Counted from the first letter of the stretch, positions 12,339-26,254 are shown. The stretch: 64,000 bases of DNA from Octopus sinensis (GCF_006345805.1 NC_042997.1:48980001-49044000), one strand, 5' to 3'. Program-made: numbers and translations. Notes: generated by a model from the letters alone, not told the origin.

Positions 12339-13442
12339 ATATGTATATATGTATACACATACATATTTATAATATATAGTATATATAATATTATTATATT
12401 TATATATATATATATATATATAGCACCCAAATACATATGTATGCATGACATCTGTAAATAAAAGTACCTTTAGACTTATATTCTCACATGCGACTACCTG
12501 CATGCACACAACCAACAATTTCAGCGACGACATATTTTGTTTTCTGTTTCCAATGTCTACATTCTGGTTACCTCTGTTTCTAAATCGATCTTAGAATGAG
12601 TTCTTAGAAGACATCATTAACCTACTGGGGAACATTATCTTAATCTTTATAGCTTTGTCATTTTCACTTACTCGTAATTATCACTATTATATTATATTCA
12701 TTCATTTTTTTTATTAATTATGCATTTTCTATTTAATTTTTAAGGGTCAACCATTTGTGTGGCAAATAGAAACCATGTAAGCAAGTAGGTATTCACAGGT
12801 ATTTTCAAGGCATTTTGTGTAATCGTGAATGAGTAAACATATCTTATCTTAGATTTCAATCCATAGCCATACGCATATATGGAGTTTAAATGCATATCAT
12901 CTGTGCGTATATGTATGTGTTTGAACACATGGATATACAGCTGTACCTCTTTGTACGCTTACGTATACCATCTTTTTATGTATCCGTATATGTATTATTA
13001 TTTAGGCGTGTATACATATAGGTATATAAATGTATGGGTATGTGATATGATGTGTGTCAGAATAGATATGTATGTCAATACGTGCATTCGTCTTACTGAG
13101 AGAAAAGATTTTGCGTATGTGTTTCTATAGAAATAATACATGTAGGTATAGAAATATATAATATAAATAATATATAAATATATGAATATATGCATACATA
13201 TATGTACATACCTACATACATATGTATATATACATGCATATATGGGTACAGGACATCAAAAAAACATTGAACACAAGAAACGAAAACTTAAAAACAAAAA
13301 CATAGAAACGAACTTTTTTCGAACAACGAAAAAACAAACTGAAACGAGACATGCAACGTAAAGAATATTCCCCTTCTTCAGTCGTCCCTGTTTCAACTAC
13401 TCCGCGTAACGAAGGCAATATATGCGCGTGCATGCGTATATG

Positions 13443-13482
<40 letters not shown>

Positions 13483-13554
13483 CATGTATATACCCGTACA
13501 TTTGTACATGCATATATATGTCAAACCATTTCTTTACATACGTATGTATGTGTA

Positions 13555-13700
13555 CAGTGATGCTTCGATATACAAGTTAATTTGTCCCCAGGGACCGCTC
13601 GTAAAGCGAAATTTCCCATAGAGCAATTATTTCCCATAGTAGCAATGCTATAAATCGTAAGTCGTTCCCAGAAAAACATTTTACCTATAAAATTTATAAT
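13555..13700 (+). mobile_element. pogo/Tigger-like left-end fragment
   Basis: TA|CAGTGATGCTTCGATATACAAGTTAATTTGTCCC resembles Tigger-type ends. Confidence 0.4.
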
Positions 13701-14246
13701 ATTAGTAAATAAATGGCAATAAAACAACAGGAGAATATAAAGAATAATTTACATAAAGTACAGAGAATGTCAAGATCATTTATAATAAAAAATATTATTA
13801 TTATTATTATTATTATTATCGTTTTATGATGGTGGCGGGATAGTGATGATGATGATGATATTGTTGTTTAGTCTCAATTCAGATCTGTCTGCGAAGAACC
13901 TATGAACAAGCGTATTCCTGTTGTGACCATCTTCTGAATTTTGCTATAGGACAACACTGCTGAATATTGGGATATGAGTTGAGGAAGATTTGGTGGCTTA
14001 TTCGAGTAGACAACAGACAACGTAGATGCTTTCTCAATGGTTGGAGATGTAACTTATTATATAAACAAAATATATTGCAAAAACAAGTAAGGCATACAAA
14101 AAGAATATATGAGTTTTGGCTATGCTTTTCCCCTAGTCATCTTTATATGGTTTACATGCGTACGTGTGTGAGTATGTATATATATATACATACATACATA
14201 TATACATACATATATATAATTATAGATATAGATAGATATACATGTA

Positions 14247-14280
<34 letters not shown>

Positions 14281-14677
14281 TAACTGGAGTTTTAGAACAT
14301 ATTGAATCCAGCACTTCTGTTGTTCTTATGTCTAATATTTATTCCACCGGTAACTTTGCAAAGATACGAGGACGGAAACAAACCATCGGTTGTCCGGCAG
14401 TGGGGCACAAACACAATGAAACACATAAAGATAGACACACACATACTTACACCCACCCACATATACATACACCCACACACACACATGCATACACCCACAC
14501 AAACATACATACATATATATATATACATACATATATATATATATACACATATATATATAAGAGATAATGGTGTCATTGAAACCCAAAAGTGTCAGGTAAT
14601 GCTGAATAAGTTCTATAGACACTTTCTATTTTGTATCATATCTAAACTAACTATGACTTAACTTTTCCTCTCACACC

Positions 14678-14729
14678 GTCTCCGATGAAGGGATATTATT
14701 AATAAATATCCTAGAAACAGCTGTAAGAC
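14678..14729 (+). ncRNA. Type I hammerhead, CCGAUGA core, palindromic stem III
   Basis: GTCT CCGATGA A GGGATATT attaata AATATCCT A GAAA CAGCTG TA AGAC; GUA site after 14725; lies in a (TA)n-flanked element ~14561-14797. Confidence 0.75.
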
Positions 14730-14795
14730 ATATCTATAAATGCTGTAATATCTATACAGCCTTGGTTTTTTTATCTTATTACGCAAAAAATTCTC

Positions 14796-14851
<56 letters not shown>

Positions 14852-14855
<4 letters not shown>

Positions 14856-15107
14856 AGCAAAGCACTTTATTTCACGTTGCTCCAGTTCACTCAGCTGTAG
14901 AAATGAGTTGCGACGTCACTGGTGCCAAGCTGTATCGACCTTTGTCTTTCCCTTGGACAACATCGGTGACGTGGAGAGGGGAGGCCGGTATGCATGGGCG
15001 ACTGCTGGTCTTCCATAAAAACAACCTTGCCCAGACTTGTGCCTCAGAGGGTAACTCTCTAGGTGCAAACCCATGGTCACACATGACCGAAGGGGGTCTT
15101 TACCCTT
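14852..15107 (+). mobile_element. SINE family C, 5'-truncated
   Basis: Reverse-complement homolog of 9481-9730. Confidence 0.75.
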
Positions 15108-15127
15108 TATATATATATATATATACA

Positions 15128-15290
15128 CACACACGACAGGCTTCCCACATTTTCTAACCGCATTCATTCACGAGGCATTATTCGGCGCCGGTCTGTAATC
15201 AAACACACTAGTCCAAGATGCCGAGCACTGGGACTGTATCTGAAACCACTTGGTAACAAAGCGAGCTTCTTAACCATACGGCCATGCCTG
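15128..15290 (-). mobile_element. SINE family A, degenerate 5' half
   Basis: Diverged match to 45125-45332. Confidence 0.55.
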
Positions 15291-16104
15291 CGGGTGCCAC
15301 ACAGCTGTGTGTAGTTTTGTAAATTATCTGTAAATCTTTCTGTTGAAGCATTGCTATCTTAACCAAGTGGGATTTGTTTGTCGTTACATACTTCCACTAA
15401 TGTAACCTTCACAAAGCATCGAATTCATGATTTCTCTTTTTCTGCGAAGTTATCGTTATCATGTTAAAGCAGCTAGAGACATGAAGATATATATTTCTAA
15501 ATAGATAATAACATAACATTCGTATTGTTGGCGTCAGTGAAGTACAAATTACCGGAAAGTTTCATTTGTTGCCTGTTATCTATCAAAAAGCATTATCTAA
15601 TTTTCGTTTATTTTTTTAAATTTTTATGCAGAGGTACATGATAATTTTAAGAAACTTATTTCCGGAGAAAATTAAACAAAATTTGGCAATCTCATTTGTA
15701 TGAAGAACTCTCAATGCTACTAACATATATCAATAACTCTGGGTACCTTCCTGATAAATGGGGAAAAAGTGGAAAGTACTGAGATAAGCTTTATGGAGTT
15801 ATTGAAAACAGAAAACTTTTTTTTTTAATGGTGACAGGTAATAAAGAACTGAGTTAAAAAATTCAGAAAAAGGAGCGATTAAGATAAGGCAAGTAAAGAG
15901 AAGGAATAGATATGTTCTTAGTTCAATTGTTACAAAGTGTGCAAATGTTAACCTATGTTTGCCGACAAATATGTTTGACACACGTTGTTGATATTGTTTA
16001 TTGTTGACATTAGTTGGTGGCCGTAGATGTCAGAATTGATAGCGTGATGGAATAAGTTCCCCGTGGAGTGAGCAGCATATTGGAGATGGTCGTAAAAAAC
16101 AATA

Positions 16105-16352
16105 AATGCGCCCTTTTAAAGCCTAGCCAGGCTCATGGGCCCGGTTTCACGGTTTCTATGGCGTATGTGTTCCCCAGCTGGACGGGAGGCCAGTCCATCG
16201 CTGCGTTACTCATTTTTGCCTGTTGAGTGGACTGGAGCAACGTGAAATGAAGTGCTTTGCTCTAGAACACAACGCGTCTCCCGGGCCAGGAATCGAAACC
16301 ACAATCTTACGATCATGATGCTGACACCCTAACCACTAAGCCACGCGCCTCC
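16105..16352 (-). mobile_element. SINE family B, full length
   Basis: tRNA head ggcgcgtggcttagtggttag ... gtttcgattcc; nearly identical to 61489-61739. Confidence 0.9.
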
Positions 16353-17339
16353 ACGGAGATGGTAGTATTGATATGAATTCAGTTAAACAAGCCTCTACGT
16401 GGCCCTGTTTTTAGTCGCAGCCTTTTAAGTTCTGAATCGTGCTTGAATTAAGTTTGCTTTACCTTCTTTGAAGGTCATTAAAATAAGAAGTGAAATGGTG
16501 GGCTGATGCAATCTCATAACCCCAATTGTTGATGATTATTGATGCTTTAAATACTACATTGTCGTGGAAGAAAGCGGCAAAACTGAAAGCTTGAACAAGC
16601 ACAGATCATCATTTACGTTTAAATATTTATGTAAGGTAAATATCTAGCTGTTGTTACGCACACAAACACACACACGAACGCGCACTCACACACACACACA
16701 CACACAAGCGCACAAGCACGCACAAACGCACACAGACGCATCAGCCATTAACCAGGTGCCTTCACTGAGTCCAGGGATAATCTTTACCAAGATTCTTTAA
16801 TCTTGGTAAAGAAAATGCTGTAAAATACATATACCGTAGATACACATACATAGATACTTATATTCACAAATGCACACATACAAAAACACACCCTTGCATA
16901 TATACGTAGAGAAAAAGTAGAATGAAAGTACAAGATATGCACAACACATACAAGGGCATACACGTACACACACGCAATAATATGCACACAACCTGCACAC
17001 AGAGTAAAAGAGAGACAAGGCTTAAGATACAAACACGGATTTAGGCGCACACGCACACACACTCGCCCAGAGGCACGCGCAAACATTCATACACACGCAC
17101 GCACACACACACACACACACTCACACACACACACACACTGATGAACACACGCAATCGTGGTCAATATGTCAAAGCTGCTGAACGTTTCAGAAGGGGCAAT
17201 TTTTACCTGCTGTTATATGGCATTAAGACGCTATCTCTTTACATACTGAAAAAAGCAATTGATACGATAATTTATTGAATTATAGGAAATACTTTTTTAT
17301 GTCATTGTTTATTTCTCGGCATCTTGTCTCTTATCTTTT

Positions 17340-17525
17340 ACTTGTTTCAGGCTTTGGATTGTGGTCATTCTGAGGCACGGCTTTGAAAGGTTTAGCCGAA
17401 GAAATCGAACTTAGTATATACTTTTTTTTGAAAAATCTATCCATCTCTTTTTTCCAACCGCTAAATTACGAGGACATAAACCAAAGCCGTTGTCAAGCGG
17501 TAGCGGAGAGCAAGCAGAAATACAC
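17340..17525 (-). mobile_element. SINE family A, degenerate 3' half
   Basis: Diverged match to 44872-45080. Confidence 0.55.
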
Positions 17526-17539
17526 ACACACACATATAT

Positions 17540-17728
17540 ATAGGGAGAGTTTACGAAAAAACAAAAGACCAAGACAGGTGGTGTAGAAAACAAACAGATG
17601 TATTAGTATAACACTCTGAAATAGAAAAAGTCTTATGCGTTTCGAGCCTACGCTCTTCTACAGAAAGGGACACAGAAAAAACAAGGGGAGAAACAAGGAG
17701 AGTGGCTAACGATCTATCATGGCGACTG
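17540..17728 (-). mobile_element. Small PLE-like element with decayed CUGUAGA hammerhead (17632-17667)
   Basis: Homolog of 10281-10433; the cleavage triplet reads GCA, so U16.1 is lost. Confidence 0.65.
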
Positions 17729-17754
17729 ATACACACACACACACAAATATGTAT

Positions 17755-17900
17755 ATATACGATGGGTTTCTACAAAGTTTCCACTCACAAGGTATAGATC
17801 AGCAAGCGATTAGAATAGAATGTACATGCCCACGGTAACACTTGCCCAAGTAAGACTGAATCCGAAACCACAGGGTTGCAAAACGATCTTCTTAAACACA
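17755..17900 (-). mobile_element. SINE family A, degenerate 5' half
   Basis: gatgggtttctacaaagtttccactcacaagg ... cttgcccaag match. Confidence 0.5.
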
Positions 17901-18319
17901 CAACCAGTACCAGATCCATAGTAATTTCTTGAACAAAAAAGAAACCGTAACTCTTATGATGCGGTCACAGCAATAAACATTAATGTAGCCAATATTTTTT
18001 CCCTTTTGTTTCTTTTTCTTTTGCCAATTTAAAAGATCTATACGAGAAATACTTATAACAACAGCTCGATTCAATAACAGCTTTTCCGTTGATATGTGGA
18101 CGGCATTTGACCAAAGGAAGTTTTCATACACAATAGGTGAACATGGTAAAACCGTTTTCCTTGCGATAAACATTAAATCAATGGCGCCTCTCTTTCTATG
18201 CACAGAGTTCTACAAATACTTTCATAGAGATGAAAATGTAAGAAAAATTATTGTAAGCAAGGATAGAAAGGAACGTGGGCTATTATACTAGTTTCTTAAA
18301 AGTATTTAAAATATAGGTA

Positions 18320-18682
18320 CACAAGCACAGGTTTAGTTGTATAGTAGGAAGCTTGCTTCCCAGCCATCTGGTTACGGGTTCAGTCCCAATGCGTAGCACC
18401 TTGGGTAAGTTTCTTTCGTTATAGCTCCAGGCTAACCAAAGCCTTGTAAAGGAATTTGTTTGATGAAAACTGAAAGAATCCCTTCGTATACATATGTGTG
18501 CGCGTGTTTGACTCCCCATCACCGCTTGAAAACCGGGGTTGGTTTGATTGTTTACGTCCTATAACTTAGCGGTTCAGCAAAAAGGGAAATTAGTCCTGGA
18601 GTCGATCTGTTCGACTAAACCCTTCAAGGCGATGCTCCACCATGGCCGAAATCCAATGACTAAAACAAGTAGAAGATAAAAG
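18320..18682 (+). mobile_element. SINE family A, diverged full length
   Basis: tRNA-like head, ccttgggtaag CORE-like domain, LINE-like tail. Confidence 0.8.
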
Positions 18683-18821
18683 ATCCCGCAATACATTTGC
18701 AACACCAGGACTATTATCAACATTCTGGATATCTGACTGATCTATAAAAGAAATCTGCTTGATCATATTAAGAACCGCAATATTCTGGTCCCTACAAGAA
18801 ACTTTCACAGGAATAGAAACA

Positions 18822-19385
18822 TAGGCACAAGAGTGGCTGTGCAGTAAGTAGCTTGCTTATCAATCACATGGTCTCAGATTCAGTCCCACTGCGTGGTACC
18901 TTGGGCAAGTGTCTTCTACTGTAGCAACGGGCCGACCAAAGCCTTGTGAGTGGATTTGGTAGACGGAAACTGAAAGGAGCCCGTCGTATGTATATATACT
19001 CACATTTTTGCCGATGCTTGTATGAGCCGGTGTACCCACGCCATGCAGAATGCCAAATGGCGTTTGTACATTCATATTTGCTAACGATTATTTTTAATAC
19101 TTTACTCGCTGGTTTGCGTGTTCGTTTCTCCTTTTACCATCTGCGATTTTAGTTTTGATCTTCTATATAAATGAAGATATTGCCCTCCGTTTGTCCACCA
19201 ACATTTGACAACCGGCAAGTTAACGGTTCAGCAAAATAGACCGATAGAATAAGTACTAGGATTAAAAGAGAAAGTACAGGAGTCGAGTCATTCGACTAAA
19301 ATTTCTTCAAGGCAGTGCCCCAGCATGGCCGCAATCTGATGACTGAAACAAATAAGAGATAAAAGATAAAAGAAAGATAAAGATG
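18822..19385 (+). mobile_element. SINE family A with ~185-bp internal insert
   Basis: 5' half 18822-18995, unrelated 18996-19180, 3' half to the (agataaa)n tail. Confidence 0.8.
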
Positions 19386-19388
19386 TCT

Positions 19389-19442
<54 letters not shown>

Positions 19443-19575
19443 CACACATAAGAAGAAATACTTGCTTATTTCTAAAGTAACAAAGAGAAGATCAAAGCAG
19501 GGCAGCTTATATGATCTACACTTATATATGTGTGTATACATACATATGCGCATGCATGTATGTGTGTGTAGTGTG

Positions 19576-19589
19576 TATTATTATTACTA

Positions 19590-19681
<92 letters not shown>

Positions 19682-19795
19682 AACATTATTATTATTATTA
19701 TTTATTATTATTATTATTTATTATTATCATTATTATTATTATTATTATCATTATTATCATTATTATTATTATCATTATTATTATCATTATTATAT
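19576..19795. repeat. (ATT)n microsatellite
   Basis: Direct reading. Confidence 0.95.
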
Positions 19796-20300
19796 ACACA
19801 CATAGATATTGAACCCAAGAAACAGAATAAGCTTCCGGTTTTTGTACACGTGCTATATTTCCTTTCATGTACGTAGCGCCAGTTTGTGTATACTATGCAA
19901 TTGTGGTTTTTCTCTGTTCATAAGCGTTTGCGTAGTTACTGTATAAAAGTTCGCACAGTATCAACATCTGCAGGTTTCCTAACGAAAGTGCTGTTTCCCC
20001 GTAAGGTGTATAACTTGTTTATAAACGAGCGTTTGATGGCTTTTACGCCCACTCATATTCCATCCCACCTGCCACTAGAAACCTCTCACATATTCGCTTG
20101 GAAGATTGGTATATAAAAGAGAAGAATAGACTCATTATTATTATTATTGTGCTTTCATTGCATATGTTGTTGATATCGCTGCTGCTGCTGCTACTGCTAT
20201 ATATACTGTTAATATTCTCTTTATTATCGTTATTACTACTGCTGCTGTTCCGATTGATTGTTGCTGCTAATTGGAACCGCAATTTGGTCTTTATATTGAA

Positions 20301-20691
20301 CTAGCAGTATCGCCCGGCGTTGCTCGGGTTTGTAAGGGAAATAACTATATAAGCATTTTTAGAGATGTATAGTATAATAGCCATCTCAATATGGCTAACC
20401 ACAAAGGGGGGGCTGTAGCTTTTTACGTTCTGAGATTTAATAATAAATTTTTAGAGAGTTACTTCCCTTATATATGCCAAAAATGCATTAAAAATGGGGA
20501 AAATTGTTGGTAATTTTTTTTTTAAATCGTAGACTAATCGTAGACGCGCGCTAATACCCAGAAGGGCTCGATATGAATCACAACTATAAGATACCCGGTT
20601 TTGGTTAAACTGCACCGCAAAATGTGGGAGTAGTTAGGAATCTAAATCGTAGGAGACAGACAGCACACAACCTCACTTTTATATATAAAGA
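20301..20691 (-). mobile_element. Non-autonomous Helitron
   Basis: Minus strand A|TCTTTATATATAAAA ... hairpin cccgagcaacgccggg ... CTAG|T, inserted between A and T. Confidence 0.85.
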
Positions 20692-21298
20692 TTTGATTTT
20701 AGTCGCTTCCATAAGTCATCATATCTTTTCGTTGTCATTGCACTGATACTCTAGCCAATTGTACTGTAGAACTGAATGAAACGTGTTCCATAGCTGCAAT
20801 AAAAACTTTCGAATAGTAGGTTAATACTTCTGTGTTTAAGTCGAATCAAGGATTATTTCGTTTTCCATTCATTGGCGTCTTATTAACATGTGTAACTATT
20901 CGCATTAAGTTTTGTTCCGTGTTTACAGTTATTTTACTTGTCTTTGCAATAAATCTATCAAATATGTATCGAATGAAAATGGTTAACATATATGTTTGGT
21001 ATGCGTGAGGATGTATATACATGTGCGCGCTTTTAGAGTGTGTATGTATGCGTGCGTTTGTGTGTGTATATGTGTGTGAGAGGGTTACCGAAAGCGCGTT
21101 CTAGATTGTAAAACGTTTGGAAATCGATTTTTCATCTGATTCCGGATTTTAAAAATCAACAGCTTTGTATCGACCACTTTTGTAACCTTGTCCAATAATC
21201 GGATGTTCTATATTTAAATGAATAGTTAACTCTACTGCATTCAAATATATTGAGCCCTTCTTTGTTTGAATATCCCCTTTAATTCCCCCTTGAGATAA

Positions 21299-22589
21299 CC
21301 TAATATATAAATCCCGTTCTGTTTGTCTGTTTGTGCGCTTATTACTCGAGTATTGTTCATCCGATCGCGCTGAAATTTTAAACATGGATACATGAGAGAG
21401 CGGGCACGTTCCGTAATCCAAAAAGATTTTCACAATTGTCAGTTGCAAAGTGAGAATCACTATTTTTGTAATCTTTTTGTTCTATTTCTTCCGCCATGCT
21501 GTTCATTAAAAGCAACGAATTGCTCAGACAACCGGCACGTACCATTTCGCTGGCAACAAGGGGAGTACAGGATGACAATCAGACAAAACCGTCGCTATGC
21601 TGTCTCTCTTCTTTCCTCTCTCTGTCTCTTTCTCTGTCCCCCTCTCTCTATGCGTAGGGGGCTCAATACGATTATCTAACTTAAAGCAACAGTCGACAAA
21701 CGCGAAAAGCCGAAGAACTGTTAATCTAATATATAAATCTCGTCATGTATGTCTCTTTGTGCGCTTATTACTCGAGTATTGTTCATCCGATCGCGCTTAA
21801 ATTTTGACCATGGATACATGAGAGAGCGGAGCGTCCCGTAATCGAAAGAGATTTTCAAAATTGTCAGTTTCAAAGTGAGAATCGCTATTATTGTAATCTT
21901 TTTGTCCTATTTCTTCTGCCATTCTGTTCATTAAAAACAACGAGTTTCTCAGACAGCCGGCGCATACCATTTCGCTGGGAGTACAGGATGACAGTAAGCC
22001 AAAACCATCGCTATGCTATCTCTCTTCTTTCCTCTCTCTGACCCCCCTCTCTCTCTCTCTACGTAGAGGGCTCAATACGATTATCTAACTTATAAGCAAC
22101 AGCCGCCAAATGCAAAAAGTCAAAGAACTGTTAATACATATATATATATACATAAGACAGTAGGATGTTTTCAGAGAGATTTGGCTGCTATTTCTACAGG
22201 TCTAGCTACCATGTAGAGGTCTCTCTCATTGACTCATACATATATAGATACATAAGACAGTAAGGTGTGAATATGAGGGAGATTTGGCAGTTATTTCTAT
22301 CAGGTCTGGCTACCATATAGACGTCCCCTCATTGGCTCATCTTCTAATATATAAATCCCGTTCTGTCTGTCTGTTTTTTGTGCGCTTATAACTCGAGTAT
22401 TGTTCATCCGATCGCGCTGAAATTTTAAACATTGATATGTTTCCGTAATTTAAAATTATTTTCAAAATTGTCAGTTTCTAAGGTAATCCTTATGGTCTGT
22501 CCATTGGATGATTAAAACTTCAATGACACCGTCCAAGTTAATCCTCTTCCCCTATACAAACCGTCCAATGGACGGGGGGCGTTTGCTAA
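21299..22589 (+). mobile_element. Tandem Helitron array (three 5' ends, one 3' end)
   Basis: Units start at 21299, 21724 and 22343 with (t/c)ctaatatataaat; 3' hairpin ccgtccaatggacgg followed by CTAA|T. Confidence 0.75.
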
Positions 22590-22607
22590 TCCTATATATA
22601 TATATAT

Positions 22608-22864
22608 ACTCTTTACTCTTTTACTCTTTTACATGTTTCAGTCATTTGACTGTGACCATACCGGAACACCGCCTTTAGTCGAACAAATCGACCCCAGGAC
22701 TTATTCTTTATAAGTACTTATTCTATCGGTCTCTTTTTCCGAAACGCTAAGTTACGGGGACATAAACACACCAGCATCGGTTGTCAAGCGATGTTAGGGG
22801 GACAAACACAGACACACAAACACACACAACATACATACATGTACATATATACAACGGGCTTCGT
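22608..22864 (-). mobile_element. SINE family A, 3' half
   Basis: Match to 44872-45135. Confidence 0.85.
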
Positions 22865-22920
<56 letters not shown>

Positions 22921-24068
22921 GAGAGAGAGAGAAAGAGAGAGGGCCATTAACTGTTCATTCAGCGGATATAACAATCTCTTATATGTGAGTTTCCATTTTA
23001 TCCAGAAATAATAAAATCTTTTGTAGGTTAACTAATAACTGAATGTTTGCTGCTTCGATTCTTACGAAGTTTTACGTTATTCCTATTGTACTTTGTTATT
23101 ACTTTTCTTCTGATGTTTGCAAAAGCCGTGAAACTATCTTCTTAAGCTTTCTTGAAATCTGATCTCCAGGCAGTTGAATCACCACCTGAAATCGGTTCAG
23201 AGAGTACATTTCGTAGTCCACCACTAATTAACAAGTGGGGTACTGTGTTCAAAGCATGATTAATCCTCACCTCCTTCTGTAGATTTGCTTCTGGATAAAT
23301 ACAATTGATGCAATATCAGCAAGTTAAATCACGTTATAAGCGGTTCTCAGTCTTCTCTGCTGTAAGATGTGTAAATACACTTCTATGTGCTGCACAGAAA
23401 GTAGAAATCCCACAAGATATTATTAAAGCGTGTGTGTTAATACCTGTGTGTATGTATGTGTGAATATGTTATGCATGTGTGTGTATATATATATATATAA
23501 AACCACAAGAATATATTTACGTGTGTGGATGCTTATGCATGTATGTGTGTGTATGAGTATGTGTAAAGCAAATCTACTTCAGAAGCAACCAGACAGTTTT
23601 AAATTAGTTTCCATTAGAAACAGACCACGACAAAGTTTAAACGACATTTACAGTGTCACGTGGTGATACTGTTATTTATGAAGCAACGCGGGTGCTAAAA
23701 GCAGCGATAGTTTTAAGAAGACAACTTATTATTCGAAAACATCTTAGAATTTAATGTTCAACTTTTACAAAGTATATTAACTTAGATAGATATCTTATTG
23801 GTTAAAATATTCTTGTTTCATTCCTTTATCTTAATGCGAGTTGATACTTTGAAGTCGATAACTATGCATTGCTTTATTACATATCATTTGCATAATTGGT
23901 TTAAATATATGCATCTTAATTTTCATATCTTCGACGAGACATTAATAAAAGTGTAATAATCTTTACTCGCATAGAAACCGATATTAATTTCAAAGATGCT
24001 AGAGATATATTTTTGTTTTTTCATTTTATGATATACATACATACACACATATTTGTTGAGTGTGTGTC

Positions 24069-24120
<52 letters not shown>

Positions 24121-24135
24121 GTGTGTGTGTGTATG

Positions 24136-24167
<32 letters not shown>

Positions 24168-24343
24168 TACTATATACATATATATATATATACACACATA
24201 TATATATATAATATCTATATAATATATAATACATATTACATATATATATACTACATATATATGTATGTATATAGATGAATAATATATATATATTATATAT
24301 ATATATAAATACATATGTTATATACATACATATTATATATGAA

Positions 24344-24380
<37 letters not shown>

Positions 24381-24430
24381 ATATATATCTATATATATAT
24401 ATATATATATATATAGATATACATATATAT

Positions 24431-24878
24431 AACAAAGATAAATGCGATACAATAAATTAATTATATCGCCGGTGTACCAGTACACCGCCCTATATATACA
24501 TATATCATTACATTCAAGGCGAAGAGTGCACTAAATACACAATAGCTGGATAAATTTAGTGAGGTGAGAATTAAAAACTTTTACAAACTTAACTTTTCTT
24601 ATACTGCAGTTTCGCCAAATTTCAGTAATAAAAATAGTATTCATTTACTCAGGCTGGCTCTCCAGTAAGATTCCTGTTAATGATGGAAAGACCCATATCA
24701 ATAGATTCATGTGCGTCTATCGAAATGCTCTTTCTAAACTATTCAAAACACTGCGCAGAACTCCGAACAAACCCGACAAAAAGGGGATTGTTGTATAATC
24801 GTCTAACGGTCAGAAATTTATCGAGAGAAGATGTAAACAAAGATAAATGCGATACAATAAATTAATTATAATCGCCGG

Positions 24879-24879
<1 letters not shown>
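24431..24879 (-). mobile_element. 405-bp monomer with 43-bp terminal direct repeat and a hammerhead
   Basis: aacaaagataaatgcg...atcgccggt at 24431-24473 and 24836-24879; HHR at 24597-24670. Confidence 0.75.
24597..24670 (-). ncRNA. Type I hammerhead, CUGGAGA core, long loop II
   Basis: Minus: TCTTA CTGGAGA GCCA [37 nt] TGGC GAAA CTGCAG TA TAAGA. Confidence 0.7.
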
Positions 24880-24945
<66 letters not shown>

Positions 24946-24990
24946 CTATATATATACATATATTATATATACATATATATATTATATCAT

Positions 24991-25034
<44 letters not shown>

Positions 25035-25374
25035 ATATATTATATATACATATATATATATATAATATATATATATATATAATATACATATATATATATC
25101 AATATATATATATATAATACATAACTATATATATATAGATATATATATATACATATATATACATATATTATATATACATATATATACATATATATATATA
25201 TACTATATATATGATATGTATGTATTACATATATATATATATACATATATATATACATATAACATATATATATCATATATATATATATATATACATATAT
25301 AATATTATATATTATATATATACATATATATATATATATATACATATATACATATATACATATATATATATATA

Positions 25375-25458
<84 letters not shown>

Positions 25459-25738
25459 GCAAAAATACAGGAGAATCAGTATATTCCACGTGGCAAAATT
25501 ATGAAGTGAAAATATGTGGAAAACGTATAAATAAGGGGGAATCTCTTCGTTTCACATAGTTTTAATTCTTTTTAATATATATATATATATATAATTTATA
25601 TATAGAGGGCATTATACATACATGCCAGGAGGCATTCTACCATACATGCGAAACGCTAAGAGGGACAATCAGTCATTTCTACAAAAATATTACTAATCCA
25701 CCGAATGCAATTTTTCAAAGTAAGACATTTAAAAATAT

Positions 25739-25783
25739 GACTGTATCATAGTGATTCATACTTACGTAATCATCAGCATGGCC
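25739..25783 (-). ncRNA. Hammerhead copy with indels (GAA instead of GAAA)
   Basis: Noisy copy of 26209-26254. Confidence 0.5.
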
Positions 25784-26208
25784 TGAATGTATTATAAATA
25801 AACAACGACCCTGCCTCGCTCAAGCCGATCAGCTAACTGATCAACATCAACGAAGCACATGGGTGAGTTTATATATATTCATCCGGGTAAATGGCAAACT
25901 TTTACGAATTGCATTTCGGGAGAGGAAAGTTTTTTCGGAATAAAATTTAGCATTAAGGACAACTACTTAATAAGGAAAACTTAACAAGAAATTGTCAGGG
26001 TAGGCGTAAAACCTCATAAGAGAAAAAATTTCGAAAATAATATTTTCTTATTGAACATATTAATTATATATAGAGGGCATTATACATACATGCCAGGAGG
26101 CATTCTACATACATGCCAAACGCTAAGAGGGACAATCAGTCATTTCTACCAAAAATATTACTAATCCCACCGAATGCAATTTTTCAAAGTAAGACATTTA
26201 AAAATATA

Positions 26209-26254
26209 GACCTGTATCACAGTGATTTCATACTTACGTAATCATCAGCAGGCC
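26209..26254 (-). ncRNA. Type I hammerhead, canonical CUGAUGA/GAAA core
   Basis: Exact reverse complement of 26607-26652. Confidence 0.82.

Larger units (their letters stand above)
23990..25454. repeat. Degenerate (TA)n field hosting the 24431 element
   Basis: Direct reading. Confidence 0.9.

Noticed and set aside
12555-12615. Very old hammerhead on minus (GTCT TCTAAGA ... TAGAAACAGAGGTA)
   Set aside because: Core, stem II and stem I are all broken; not distinguishable from chance.
13235-13425. Hammerhead in a (TA)n-embedded element (CTGAAGA on minus)
   Set aside because: No GAAA after the putative stem II and no stem I partner.
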